From Scenedesmus sp. PABB004 (taxonomy: Eukaryota): a stretch of 64,000 nucleotides of DNA. A model generated the notes under the pieces. It was not told the origin of the DNA, ran no database searches, and was given only the letters and a program-made list of their open reading frames with translations. Made by a program: the position numbers and the translations under genes. Positions 29,060-42,136 of this stretch are shown here, piece after piece. Each line of letters opens with the position of its first letter. Position 1 is the stretch's first letter. The DNA lies in contig JABVCE010000017.1 in NCBI GenBank assembly GCA_014905635.1, positions 496,001 to 560,000 on the forward strand. The letters are read 5' to 3'.

Positions 29060-29626
29060 GGGCGGTGTGCGCGAGGCGGCGCGACGCGGGGCAGCGGCTG
29101 CGGTGGGGCTGCGGCCGACCGCGTGCCGCCGCCCCGGGGCGGCGGCGGCTGTCACGTGCACTGGTGAGGTGTGAGCTGTGATTGCAACAATGCCGTCCGC
29201 CTCAGCCCCAGCGCGGGCCCCGCGCCCCAGACCAGACCCGCAACGCCGCCTCCTCAGAAGGAGCAGACAGACAGCCCCGCTCCGGTGCCTGCCAGTCTAT
29301 CGTCCGCCCGCGCGCACAGGGCGCGCTGCGCTCCGCACCGCCTCTCAAGAGGGGGCACAAGCCCCCCGCGCGCCACACAAGGCGGCCCGTGCCGCTGCCA
29401 GTGGTGTTGGTACACAGTGCGCCGCCCTGCCAGCCAGCCAAACAAAGCTCACCCGCTCCTCCTCCCCCCTCCTCCTGCCGCTGCGGGTGCGTCGTGCATA
29501 TGAGACGCGAGAGTGTGATTGCGCCGCCGTGGGACTCCACACCCGCACCCCGGCCTGCCCCGCCGCCGGCTGACCAGCCGCAGTAAATGCTGCCGGGGCT
29601 CACTCGGCCTCGTGTGCGTGCGCGGC

Positions 29627-32491
29627 TCACTCCGCCTCCAGCGTCACGTGCTCCTGCGTGCCCTCCACGTGAATGCCGCCGCGGTTGCCCACCTGCGGCG
29701 CGGCGCGGCGCGGCGGCGCGGTCGGCGGCGGCGCGCCGCGCGCGCCAGGCCCGCCCGCAGCCCCGTGACGGGCTGCGTCGCGCGGCGCGGCGCCGGGGGG
29801 TGCAGCGCCGCTCGCGCACCTCGAGGCTGCCGCCGTAGATCTCGGCGTACACCTCGGGCAGCTCGCGCTCCACCGGCGGCGCGATCCAGAGCCTGCGCGA
29901 CCGCGGCGGCGGTGGCGGCGACCGTGCGCGCGCGTGTGAGGGCGCGCGCGCGCGGGCCCGCGGGCGCCAGCGCGCAGCGCGCGCGGCGGCGGCGGCGCTC
30001 CCGGGCCGGCGGCGCACCGCAGCAGGTGGCGCCGCGCGTCGACGTGGTCCCAGTCCACAAACTCGCTGCGCGCGTGGAGCTGGGTGTGGTTATTGAGCAG
30101 CTGAATCTCGCCCGGCTGCAGCATGTAGTCCAGGCGCAGCGCGTCGCTGGCCGCGAGCTCGTTGAACACCTGGGGGCGGCGGGGGGCGGCGGGGCGGGGG
30201 CGTGAGCGAGAGAGCGGGAGCGCGGGAGCGAGGCGCGGGGCACGCGTGCACTAGCGCGGGGGGCGCAGGCGGCGAGGGCCCGGCGCTCTGCGCGCGCGCC
30301 GCACCCGCATCGCCTCGTACTGGTCGGCCGTGAGGCGGGGCACCTCGGCGTGGCGCTGCGGGCGAGCAGCGGCGCGGCGGCGCGCAGTGGTGAGGCGTGC
30401 GGCGCGGCGGTGGCGGCCCGCGGCCACACTCGAATCTGCATGCTGCACGCTGTATCAGCACGCGCTCACACGCACGCACACCCACACCCACACCCCACAC
30501 CCACACCCACGCACCCACGCTCACACACTCGTGCAATGCATACACACTATATAATGCAATGCACGCTGCCAGCGCCGCACCTGGCTGAGAAGGAAGTAGT
30601 TGTCGCTGTAGTTCACGCTCAGCTGGCCCTTGTGGTAGTTGAAGACGGGCATGCGGAAGAACGGCTTCTTGCCGGGCGGGATCTGCCGCACGCGCCGCAG
30701 GGTGCAGGGTGCAGGGTTTAAGGGCGCGGCGCGGCGGGCGGCGGGCGGCGCGGGCGCGGCCGGGGAGCGAGCACGCCGCGGCGCGGCGCGGCGCGCTGGA
30801 CAAGCAAACGAAACAACCCAGCCCCGTCGTTGCAGCGAACGGCCCCTCAACGAGGCCTCACCTCGCCCTTGCGGTCGTAGTACCAGTCGGGCCCCGCGAG
30901 CGCGGCGGCGAGGTGCGGGGCGTCGCGCAGGATCGCGTTGTGCACAGACACGCTCGAGCTCCACGAGGAGAGGCCGCCGGAGCGCGCGTTCTTCAGGCAC
31001 AGCAGCGTCACGATGTCTGTGGTTGGGGCCGGGGGCGGGGGCGGCGCGCGGTCGGCGCTTTGGTCGGCGGGGCGCGCGGGCGCGGGCGCGGGCGGCGGGC
31101 GCGCCGGCCGGCGGCGCGCTGGGGCGTGGCGGGGCGGCGCCCGGCGAGCGCGCGGGCGCAGGCGCGGGCGCCCGGCGAGCGCGCGAGCGCGCGGGCGCAG
31201 GCGGGGGGCGCGCGCACCCGCCGAGTCGTTGTGGAAGGGCTGCGCCGCGTGCGTCGCGTACAGGCGCGTCGTCGGCGCGGACGGGTCCTGCCCGATGTCC
31301 TGCGCGGCGGCGGACGCGGACGCGGACGCGGCGGCGGACGGGGTGAGCAGCAGGCGGGGCTCCGCGGGCTCACGGCGCACAGACACACGCACACGCACGC
31401 ACCGCCGCAAACACACACACACACACCCACACACATACACAGACAGACAACACACAAACAACACACAGCCGCAAACACAAACCTTGATGTGCCCGATCAT
31501 GTGGCCCTTTTTGTTGTTGCTGCTCGCGCGGCCCCAGTAGAGGCCCATGCCCCAGTAGGCGATCGCGGTCTGGCGGCGGTCGTACCTGCGGTTTGGGGTT
31601 TTGGGTTTTGTTCCCAGGGGTTTAGGGGTTTGGGCGGGCAGGCGGGCGGGCGCGCGTTGAGGTGGGGCGTTGAGAGGGGCAGGGAGAGAGAGGAGAGAGG
31701 AGAGAGGAGAGAGTGCGCGCGCGCGTGCGCGCGTGTGCGTGTGGCGGGAGGAGGGGGAGGGGGCGCAGGGAGCGCGGCGGCGCGCGGCGGCGGCGGGCGC
31801 GGGCGGCGGGCGCCGCGGCGCGCACCGCTCGACGGGCACGCCGCGGATGAGGGCAAAGCCGCGCCCCGCCACGACCTCGTCGCGCACGCCCTCGAGGTAG
31901 GGGCCCAGCGACGGCAGCGGGAAGTCGGACCGGGTGATCTTCTGCGGGGCGGCGCGGAGGGTGGAATGTTAGGGCGGGCGCGGGGAGCGGCAGGGGGGCG
32001 GCAGCGGGGGCGCCAGCGGGGGAGGGGCGCGGCGGCGGGCGCGGCGGCGCGGGGGCGGCGGCGCACGTGGATGTCGCGCGTAGGCCAGCCGCGGCGCTCG
32101 ACGCCCGCAACGGCGGCGTCGAGCTCGGCGACGTGCGCGGGGGAGAGGACGTTGATCCAGTCGGTGCGGCCCGCGTAGTCGGCCGCGGTCCAGGCCTCGG
32201 GGCCCTCGATAATGGTGAATGGCTCGACAGCGCCGCGCCTGCAGCAGTCGGCGCGGTGCGGCGCGCGCTCAGGCGGGCCGCGGCGCCCGGGGCGGGCGGC
32301 GGCACGCGGCGGGGCTGCGCCGGAGCATGGTGGTGCGCCGGCGGGCGGCGGCGGCGCGGGCGGCGGCGCGGGCGGCGCGGGCGGCGCGCCGCCGCCGCCG
32401 CTGCTTCACAGATGCCCGGCGCTGGCGCACGCTGCGGGCTGGGCTGGCCTACCCGACCGCCGCACCTGCTGGTCTTGAGCTCGCTCGCCAT
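29627..32491 (-). CDS. TauD/TfdA (clavaminate synthase-like) Fe(II)/2-oxoglutarate dioxygenase; about 10 introns
   Basis: Exons read MASELKTS...GPEAWTAADY...DFPLPSLGPYL...GRGFALIRGVPV...GHMIGHIKDIG...QPFHNDSADIVTLLCL (HxD)...LQPGEIQLLNNHTQLHARSEF (distal His)...RRHLLRLWI (2OG-binding Arg). Confidence 0.92.
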
Positions 32492-33589
32492 GGCGCGAGG
32501 CGGCCGGGTCGGAGGGAGAGAAGTTGCGGGCGCGCGCGTGCGTGCTCGTCGGCGGCCTGGCGCGACGGACGGGGTGGGCGGAGCGAAGGCGTGCGGATGC
32601 GTGGGCGAGCGGGCGGGCGGGCGGCGTTGCGGGCGGCACGCCGCGCCGCGGTCTGCGCATCGCCGGCCGCGTGAGCCCCCCGCCCAGCTCCGCGGCCACG
32701 CCGCACGGCGGCTGCGCATGGTGCTGTGCCCGCCAGCGCGCCTGGAGCGGCCCCGGCGCGCCGCGCTCACCTGTGCAGCGCGCGGGGAGGCCCGGAGCGA
32801 GGTCGCGGGTGCGGCGCGGCGTTCTCGGGCGGCGGGAGGCGTCGCGGGGGCGTCGGTGTGTGGACGGGTGGGGCGCGGCATGTAGTTGAGTGCGCGGCGC
32901 GCTGAAAGGTTGAGCGGTGAATTTGGAACGGCTCGTTCCAGGCACGGCACGTCACAACTGCGCGCCGGGCGCGCACGTGCGGCGCGGCGGCGTGCGGGTG
33001 CGGCGCAGCGCGCGTGTTGGCGCCGCAGCCAGCGGCGGCGCAGGCCCCTGGCCGGCGCGTGCCAGCAACTGCTGCGGCGCCTTGTGTGAGGCTTGTGTGA
33101 GGTGCAGGGAGCTGCTGGACCTGCGCCCAGGTGCCGACTCAGCGCCGGCTCACCGCGGCTCGCTCGCCGGCCGGTGCTGCGCGTTCGCCGCCAGCCGCCC
33201 TCACCGCGCGCGTTGTGGCGGCCGCGCCGCACCCCGCGTCAGCCGCCGGCCGGCCGCACCCGCCGCTGCCGGCGTCCCAAAAGGTGGCCCGACGCGCCCC
33301 GAGCGGGCGCGGGGGCGCGCGGGGCGCTGCGGCGACCAGCGCAGCGCGAGCGGGCTCGAACCCTGCCGCTCGCGCCGCCGCATTTGACCGCCCGCCACCC
33401 TCCCGCGTCCGACTCCGACGCCCCCCGCGGCCCCGCCCTGCCCGCTGTCGCGCCGCCCAGCCCCGTTCGCCACGCGGCAGCAGCAGCGGCAGCAGCGCCT
33501 GCCGCCACTGCGTTGCCGCCGCGGCCCCGCGTGGCCGCGCCACCCCTCGCCAGCCTTCACCCGCGCCGCCAGATTGCGATCCGCGCAGC

Positions 33590-36424
33590 ATGCGGCCCGA
33601 GACAGCGGCCCTGGCGGGCCTGCTGGGCCGCTGCGCGCGCGCGAGCAGCGTCGACGCGCTCGCGGCAGAGGCCGCCGCCGCGGAGCCGCTATGTGATTTT
33701 TTTGATCGCCTGTGTGAGGACGCCGAGGCCAGGGGGTCACCTTGTGCCGACCTGCGCGCGCTGCTGGCCGCCGGCGTGCAGCAGCGGCTGGCGCAGGCCG
33801 TGGCCCGCGCGCTCGCACTGCGGGCGGCGCCGGCGACGCGGGCGGAGGCGGCTGGCAGCGAAGGCTTTGCTGGCGCGCTTCGTTCCCTGTGCGACGTGCT
33901 GACTGGGAGTTTTTGCACCCGCAAGGTCCTTGGCGCGCCCGAGGCGGACCTGGCGGCCGACGTGGAGCGCGCGGGTGAGCGGCGGCGGCTGCGGGCGGCG
34001 GCGCTCCGCGCCCGCAGCTGCTGCGCCCGCCCCTGACCACGCCGCTTCACGCCCACAGGCATGCTGTCGCCGCTGGCCGTGGTGTGCACCGCGGTCGCCG
34101 CAGAGCTGGAGGCCCAGCAGCAGCGCCAGCGGCAGCAGCAGCAGCGGCGGCGGCAGCAGGGCAGCGGCGTGCCTCCCAAGGTGTGCCAGTGTGAATCTCT
34201 GGTAGCTGCAGCGCCGCTGTGGGCGGCACATGCTGTGAGCAACGCGTGGCTGCTGGAGGGCCAGCTGGAGGGCCCGCTGCTGCCGCTGGCGCAGCCGGCC
34301 GCGCGGCTGGCGCTCGCAGTGCTGCGCCGCGCCGGCGCCTGGCGGGCGGGGACCGGCAGCGACCCTGCAGTTGCAGGGACTGTGCCCAATGTACTTTTTG
34401 TGGCCCGCACCATAGCCTGGTGGACGGCTCAGAGCCTGGTGCTGGCGCGGCACCACGGCCGTGTGAGCGACGAGGCGGAGCGGGCGCTGGCCGACCCCGC
34501 GGTGCAGCAGCTGCTGCTGGCCAACCTCGCCCTGCGCGCGGCGCACCTGCACGAGGCGCAGCACGGCCGGCAGGCTGGCGTCGGCGGCAGCAGTGGTGGC
34601 AGCGGCGCGCCCACCGTGCCGGCGCGGCACGCCGCGCTGCTGCGCGCGCTGGGGCTGGAGCTGGACGCCGCCAAGGTGCCCCAGGGTGATCACAGTGACA
34701 AGATGGCAACGTCCAGCATCTACGCAGTTGCCATGCTGTTCGATGTCTCGCCGCCGACCAGCTGCGGCGGTGTCTCCAGCGCCGGCGCCGGCGCTGGCGC
34801 CGGCGCCGGCCTGCCGCTGCCGGGCGGCGCGGGGCTGGCGGCGGCTGCGGCGGAGGTGGCGCTGGAGCTGGCGGCGCTGCAGCCGTCGCCCCGCGTGCTG
34901 GCTGCTGGCGCTTCGTGCGCCGGTGCCATCATGTCGTACCTCATGCGAGCCTCCCTCGTGCAAGCCTCGGGCGGTGGGGCGCTCAGTGGCGACCCGGCGG
35001 CGGCGGCGGCGGCGGCGGCGGTGGTGCGCGCGTTCCTGCCGCTGGCCCGGCCCACCGCCGCCGCGCTGCTGGCAGCAGGCGTTGCTGCCAGCAGCAGCAC
35101 GAGCAGGGGGGCAGCAGTGGCGGGGCGGGGCGGGGCGCGGGCGCAAACGCAGCTTGGCGCCGTCACTGCTGAAGATGCTGTGCAGTGCTGTGCTCTCCTG
35201 CTGGTGCAGAGCAATGGACCAGCGGGTGTGCGGCGTCGCCTGGCTCTGGCAGCTGCCGCAGCGCGCTGGCCTAGCCTGCCTGCGCCTGCTCACGCCCCCG
35301 CCGCCTCCGTCGCCGCAGCCGACGCGGTTGTGGCGGCGTTTGCGCAGCAGGCCCCCTCCACCCTGTGCCGGCTGCTGGACGCGTCCGCCAGGAGCTGGGC
35401 GGGCAGGGCCGCCCCACAGGCTGCTCTGAACACAGCGCAGGTGATGTGCGGTGCGATCGCCCGGCTCGGCCCCAGCCTGGCGGACGCGCCGGCGCTGACG
35501 GCAACCGGCGGCGGCGCGGGCCTGCGGCTGCAGCGCGAGGTGTTTGCCTGCCTGCTCACGGCCCTCAAGTGCGTGACTGATGGCGCGCCGCTTGCAGCAG
35601 CCGAGGCCAACCCGTCTGAGCAGCTGTGGGTCCTGGCGACCGGGTGCCTGGCGGTGGTGCGCACCGGCTGCGCTGTCGGCGATACCGTGGCGCGCGCGCA
35701 GCCGGCAGCCGTGGCGGCCGCCGGCGGCCAGCTCGCGTACGAGCCGCCCGCGCTGTGGGCGGTGCTGGCGGCGCGCGGCCTGGCGGTGCTGGCGGCGCGC
35801 GGCCTGGCGGTGCTGGCGCAGCTGCTGAGCCTGGCGCTGGCGCCGCGTGCGCCGATCGGCGCGCGCGTGTCCGCCAGCGCTGGCGTGCCTGGGGAGCTGG
35901 TGCAGCTGGCGACGGCGGCCGCCGTGCTGGCGGCCCTGCGCAACGCGGCGACGTTGCTGGGGCCGCGCCTGCGTGCGCTGGGGTCGCTGCCGGCGGACGC
36001 CTCGCGCGCGGGCCTGGCGCGCCTGCTGGCGCAGCAGGAGCAGCTGCACACGGCGTCGGCGAAGCTGGCCGCGCAGCTGGCTGACGTCTCTGCCTCCGCA
36101 GCCGCCCGCGCCAGCACGCTGCAGGAGCGCGGCCCCGCGCTGGCCGCGCAGGCGGAGGAGCTGTGCAGCGCGGTGTGCGCCGCGCTGCCGCTGCGCGCGT
36201 GCTGCAACAACCCGCGCTGCGCAGCCCTGGCCGGCGCACTCAGCGAGCTGGCGGCGGTTGGTGGCCGGGCGTGCGTGTGCGGTGGCTGCATCAAGTCGGC
36301 CGCGCCCGCGCGTTTCTGCAGCCGCGCCTGCCAGGTGGCGGCGTGGCGCGCGCACAAGCCGGTGTGCCGCGCGCTGGCCGCGGGTGTGGCGGCGGCGGCG
36401 GCGGGTGCGGGCTCGGCGGAGTGA
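33590..36424 (+). CDS. MYND zinc-finger family paralogue D, intact (exons 33590-33974, 34059-35225, 35319-36424)
   Basis: [10 protein letters not shown] start and 385-nt exon 1. The second intron (35226-35318) is 93 nt and stop-free, so ORF 34061..36424 reads through it. C-terminus CNNPRC...[30 protein letters not shown]. Contains a 24-bp internal duplication (AVLAARGL x2). Confidence 0.87.
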
Positions 36425-37144
36425 GGTGCGGTGAGGAGCCCCGAGGCGTGGCGAGCGCGCCGAGCGTGCGCCAGCGGGGCTGGGGCCGCCGCGCCCCCGT
36501 GCGTGCGCGGAGTGCCCGGTGCGGTGGCGGCAGCAGGGGCTGTGAGCTTGTGAGCGGTTGTGTGAGTTGTGAGGTGGTCGCGCCCGTCCGCCCCGGCCGG
36601 CCGGCCGGTCGCTGCCGTGCGCCCGGCGCCGCGCTGCCGCCTGCCCGCCCCGGCGGCAGGCGCGCGCGCCGGCGGCAGGTGCGCCGGCCCCGAACGGCTT
36701 GCCGCGTGGTCCTATGAGGACGGGCCACCCCGCCGCGGCGTCTCGGGCTGAGTTCTGGAGTCAGCGCGTGGAACGCGGTCCGCCGTTCGCGGCTTTCGCT
36801 CCCGCGCTCCAGCGCCGCCGCGGCGCGGCCCCCAGGCGCGCCTAAAGCACAGCATTCGCCTCCGGCACGCGCCGCAGGCCAGCGCAGCTCGGCGACGGCA
36901 AAACCCGGCAGCAGTTGCCCGGGCCCAGCGTTCCCACCTCCCTCGCTGCCCTGCCGCCCCCGCACGCACGCCCGGGCGCTCCCACACCCGCTCCCACACG
37001 CGTAGCCCGCGCGCACGCCAGACTGTGACCTCCTTGGCGAGACCGAGCGCGCCGTGCACCGCCCCGCGCGCTCTCTCTCTCTCGTCCCCAGCCAGCCCGC
37101 GGCGCCAGCTCGTAGCCCTCGGCAGCCCGCGCACAGCCGGCGCC

Positions 37145-39323
37145 ATGACGCGCCTGGTGCGCGAGGCCGACGCGCGGCGCGACACGCGCCTGCTGCGCGA
37201 GTTTGCGGCCTCCGGCATCGCCGTGGGCACCGCCAACACGGTCCTCAACCCCGTCGGTGAGGAGCGCCGCTGACCTGCACGCGCGCGCCGGGGGGCAAGG
37301 CCACCCACGCCGGCGCAGATGGGCCAGCGCACCGCGCGTCCTCCGTCGCGCCGCTCTTGCAGCGTTGCCGCGGGGCAGCTGCCACGCCACCGACCGTGGC
37401 CTGGCGCCCGGTCCGCGCAGCCGGTCACCAGTCAGCCGAGCAGCGGCAGCGCCGCGGCGGCGGCCGAGTGACGCCGCGCACGCCCTGCCGCCGCCGCCCC
37501 GCCCTGCCGCCGGCGCAGAGGTGGTCAAGATCCGCATGCAGCTCGCCGGCGCGGGCGCGCCCGGCGCCGCGCCGGCGGCGCCCGCCGCGTCCGGCGCGGT
37601 CGCGGCGGGGCGGCCCGCTTTTGCCGCCGCCGGCGGCCCGCTGCTGCAGCCCTCGGCCGCGCGCTACATCTCGCACAGCGCCGGCGCGGCCGAGGCGGCG
37701 GCGCCCGGCGCGGCGGCGGCGGCGGCGCGGCGCGCGCGGCCGTGGCTGCTCCCGCGGCCGGCCGCGGCGGCGGCGCCGCGCGGCGCCGCCGCCGCGGGCG
37801 CGCCGGCCGAGGCGGCGCTCGCGGCTGCGGCGACCGCGCTGCGCGGCGCCGTGCCGGCCGCGGCGGTCGGCGCGGCGCCCGGCGCACAGGCCCGCCCCGG
37901 CTTCCTCGCCACCGCCGCGCTCATCATGCGGCAGGAGGGCCCGAGCGGCTTCACCCGGGGTATCCAGGTGAGCCCGCCGCCCCGCACCCTTCCCCTCCGC
38001 ACCGCGCCTCGCACCCGCGCCGCGCACCTCGCGCCCCGCGCCCTTGCCTCTCCCGCTCGCTCACCGCGCCGCGCCTCCCCGCAAGCTCACCGCGCGCCGC
38101 GCGCCCGCCGCGCCGCAGGCGACGACCGCGCGCGCCGTGTGCAACGGCGGCATCCGCCTCGGACTGTACGACCCAATCAAGTGCCTCCTCAGCGCCGACG
38201 GCAGCGGCGCCGACCTCCACGTCGGCCAGAAGCTCGCCGCGGGCAGCATCAGCGGCGGCATCGGCGCGGTTATGACGACACCGATGGAGCTGGTCAAGAC
38301 GCGGCTGCAGGTGGGGTTTTGGGGTCAACGCTGCGGACCGCGCACAGGGGCCCGGGGCCGTGGCCGGCGGCGTGCGCGGCGCGGCGCAGCGCCCGCGCCG
38401 ACGCCGCGGCCGCCGACGCCGCCGACGCCGCGTCCGCCGCCCGGCAGGCGCCCAACGCGGGGACGCGCTCGGCGCGCGACGTGCTGCAGGGCGTGCTTCG
38501 CCAGCAGGGCGTGCGCGGTGCGGCGCGCTGCTCGCAGCACGCGGCGCACAGCGCGCACCGGTCGCCGCGCACCGGTCGCTGCGGCGCCGGCGCGGACGCT
38601 GCCGCCGCCGCCGCCGCGCAGGGCTGTGGACGGGCGCGAGCCCGAGCGTGCTGCGGCTGGTGATGCTCAACGCCAGCATGTGTGGCACCTACGACGAGGT
38701 GCGGCGCGCGGCGATGGCCAACAGCCTCGCCAGGACCCGGCCGGGGGGCCCGCAGCGGGGCGCGGCGGGGCGGGCAGCGTGCGCGGGCCCGCCGGCCGTC
38801 GCCCACGCGCCGTCGCGCCGCTGCCTGCCCTGCCTCCTGCCGCCTCGCCCGCCGCCGGCAGGTCAAGGGCCGCATCGCCCGCCTGACCGGGTGGGGCCCG
38901 GGCGTGCCGCTCGTGCTCAGCAGCAGCATGGTCGCGGGGCTCGTGACCACGACGGTCATCAACCCCGCCGACGTCTGTCGGTGAGCGCACGCGCCCGCGG
39001 ACTGCGGCGGCGCGGCGGCGCGGCGGCGCACCGGCAGCGGCCCCCGCCCCGCCGGCGCCGCGGCCCCGAACGCGCCGGCCCCGAACGCGCGCCCGCCGCC
39101 GCGGCCGCCGGCGCCGCCGCGCCGCAGGAGCTACATGCAGACCGGGCGCGGCGGCAGCCTGCTGGGCGTCGCGCGCGGCATCGTCGCGGCGGAGGGCGCG
39201 CGCGGGTTTCTCAAGGGCTGGACCGCGGCCTACTGTCGCACCGGGCCGCAGACGCTCATCATCTTCACGGTCAGCGAGCTCGTGCGCCCGGTGTTTGGCC
39301 TCTCGCCCATCGGCGCGAGCTGA
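37145..39323 (+). CDS. Mitochondrial carrier family protein (SLC25; UCP/dicarboxylate/oxoglutarate carrier-like); 7 exons
   Basis: Three Px[DE]xx[KR] signatures (NPVEVVKIRMQ, TPMELVKTRLQ, NPADVCRSYMQ), plus GIRLGLYDPIK, GTYDEVK and EGARGFLKGW...RTGPQTLIIF. Confidence 0.92.
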
Positions 39324-39437
39324 GCTGAGGCGCGAGCTGAGGCGAGGCGCGAGCTGAGGCGCGAGCCGAGGCGCGAGCCGAGGCGCGTGCTGAGGCGCGA
39401 GCTGAGGCGCGAGCCGAGGCGAGCCGAGCCGAGGCGC
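39312..39437 (+). repeat. Tandem amplification of the 12-mer GGCGCGAGC(T/C)GA, which is the carrier gene's last three codons plus stop
   Basis: The first unit is GGC GCG AGC TGA (G-A-S-stop), followed by about 9 further complete or partial units. Confidence 0.9.
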
Positions 39438-40139
39438 GGGAGGGAGGGGGGAGGGGAGCGGGGCGCGCGCGTGCGCGGGGGCGGCCGCTGAGGCTGGCCG
39501 CCAGGGGGCGCGGCCGTGTGAGGCGCGCCGTGTGCAGCGAACCGATGCGGGGGGGGGGGGGGCGCTGTGTGCTACCAGCACTGCGTGGGGTGCCGGGCCG
39601 CGGGCCCGTGTGCAGACTGTGGGGCCGCCTGTGCAGCCTGTGAACGACTACAACCCAACAGACCCGGTGCGTGTGTGTGTGTGCCTCTGTACGTGTCTTG
39701 CCTGTGCGTGTGCGCACGCGTGCGCGCGCGCGCACGCGCGTGTGCGCGGCCGCCGCCCCCCGCTGCGGAAGCGCGGCGCGGCGGCCGCGCGGGCTTTGGC
39801 GGTCCGATTTGTCTTCCGCGAGACGGTTGGAAGTTCAGCAAGGGCCTCAGTTGAACGCAAGTGGAGCGGCGGTTGAGGCGGTTGACCGGCAGCACGAGCG
39901 CGACAGAAAAACCCTGCGCCGCGCTGGTCAGCAGAGTGAGTGACGATCCCCCCCCCCATCCCGCCCCCCTCTCGTGCTGTCTGTTCAATCGGGCCCGCTC
40001 TCACGCCTTGCAATCGCCCGCCAGCGGCCCGCCGCCGACAGCGCTCCGCGCCGCCGCTGCCGCGCCCGCCGCGCCGTCGCCAGGCAGTTCGGCAGACCGG
40101 CGCGCCGCCCAGGCCTTTCATAACATCGTGGCTCTCGTC

Positions 40140-41586
40140 ATGCGGCGCGGGAGCGCCCGGCGGCGCGCGGCGCTGCCGCGGGCGCTGCCACTGCTGCTGC
40201 TGCTCGGCGCCGGCGCTGCCGCCGCCGCCGCTCCCGCGGCGGGGGCCGCCGCCGTCGCCGCGCCGGCCGCCGCCGCCGCCGCCGCCGCCGGCGGCGCGCA
40301 CGGCGAGCTCATTGACATCACGCTCGCCGTGCGGGCGGGTATGCCCGTGTGGGAGCAGCGCGGCGGGCTGTTCAAGGCGTGGCGCGCGCTCCACCAATCC
40401 ATCGCGGAAGGAGATGTCGTCAACCAGTCATGGCTGAACCTGGACGCCCACACGGTGCGGGTCGACGCCGGCGACGGCGTTGAGGCGCACAGCGGGCGTC
40501 GCAGGCAGCCGCGCACACGCGCGCCGCCGCGCCGCCGGCGCCGGCCCCGCGCCCCGCGCGGCCGCGCCGCGCCGCCAGGGCACGCACGTCGACGCGCCCG
40601 CGCACTTCCTGGACGGCGGCGCGACGGTGGAGCAGCTGGACCTGTCCGCGCTCGTCGGCCCCGCCCTGCTGGTCGACCTGCCACGCGACGCCAACGTCAC
40701 CGGCGACGTGCTGCGCGCGCTGGAACTGCCGCCGGGCGTGGAGCGGCTGCTGCTCCGCACCGCCAACACCGACAGGCGCGCGCGCGCGCGCCAGCGCCGC
40801 GCCGCGCCGCGCGCCGCGCCGCCGCCGACGCCGCGGCGGCACGCAGCCAGCAGCGCCGCACGGCCGCGCCCGGGCGGCGGCGGCGGCGTCGTCAGAGCGC
40901 GCCCGCCGCCGCGCCGCGCCGCGCCGCGCCGCGCCCGGCGTAGGGGCCTGCTGCACGCGACTGCATTTGCGTCGGACTATGTCGGCCTCGACTCCACCGC
41001 CGCGGCGCACATCACCCGCGACACAGGTGCGGCGCGCCGCCGCGCCGCGCCGCGCCGGCGCGCGCGGCCCGGTCCCTCCCCGCCCGCGCCCGCCCGCGCC
41101 CGCCCGCCCGCCCGCCGCCAAACCGTCCCGACCGACCGCGCTCAAACTCAAAACTCACACTCCTCAAATTCGAACTCAAACAGGCATCCGCCTCGTTGGC
41201 ATCGACTACCTGTCGATCGGGCACCTCGACGACATCATCGCCACGCACAAAACCCTCTTTGCCGGCGTGAGCGCGGCGCCGCGACGGCGGCGCGGCGCGG
41301 GGGGCGGGGCGCGGGCGCCCCTGCAGGCCCAGCTGGGCCGCGCCGTCGTGCGCGAGCGCCGCGCGCGAGCGCACGCCCGCCCGCCCGCGCCGCGCGCCAG
41401 GGCGTGGTGGTGGTGGAGGGGCTCGACCTGGGCGGCGTGCCGGCGGGCTGGCACACGCTGCTGTGCCTGCCGGCGAAGCTCGCCGGCGCCGACGGGGCGC
41501 CCGTGCGCTGCGTGCTCGCGCCGCTGCCCGCGGACGGCGGCGGCGGCGGCGGCGCGCAGGCATGCGTGGCCGGCGGCGCGGTGTGA
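40140..41586 (+). CDS. Cyclase-family metal-dependent hydrolase (kynurenine formamidase/isatin hydrolase-like) with an N-terminal signal peptide; 5 exons
   Basis: HTGTHVDAPAHF (HxGTHxDxPxH signature) spans intron 1. Also LIDITLAVRAGMPVW, IRLVGIDYLSI, VVVEGLDL and CLPAKLAGADGAPVRCVL. Hydrophobic LPLLLLLGAGAAA leader. Confidence 0.93.
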
Positions 41587-42136
41587 GGCGGCCGCGCACG
41601 GTAGCTGGCGCTGCGGCGGCTGGCGCTGCGTGGCAACTGCGGCAACCGGGGCGCCCCGCGAGCTTGCCGCGCGCTCGCGTTACATCCCGCAGGGCGCGGC
41701 CGCGTGGGAGGCCCCACGCGCCGCCGCATCGCCGTGCGCCGCGAGCGCGCAGCGCACACACTCCCGGGGCGCGCGCGCGCGCGGCGCGCCCCGGCCGATC
41801 GCACGCACGTCCACACACTGCCGAGCCGGCTGCGGGCGCCGCGTTCAGCGCCCCAGCTCCCCCTCCCTCCGCCGCGGACGTCCGCCGCCTGCCGCGCGGG
41901 CGGCGGCCGGCGCGCTGCGCCTGCAGGCGCCGGCCGGCGCCGCGCGCCGCGCGCGGCCGCCGCCGCTATCTACTGGCCTCCGCCTCCGCTCGCCGCCGGC
42001 GCCGCGCCGGCCCGCCGCCGCCGCGCGGCGCGCGCGCCGCAGCACTGGCCGTGGCGCGCGCCGCAGCACTGGCCGTGGCGCGCGCCGCGGCGGCGGCCGT
42101 CGGCGCGGCGCGGCCGCCCGTCGCGCGCCGGCGCGC

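Noticed and set aside
29627..41586. Metabolic gene cluster (TauD dioxygenase, carrier, cyclase-like hydrolase)
   Set aside because: No scaffold-forming enzyme, different predicted compartments, and no sequence evidence of shared regulation.
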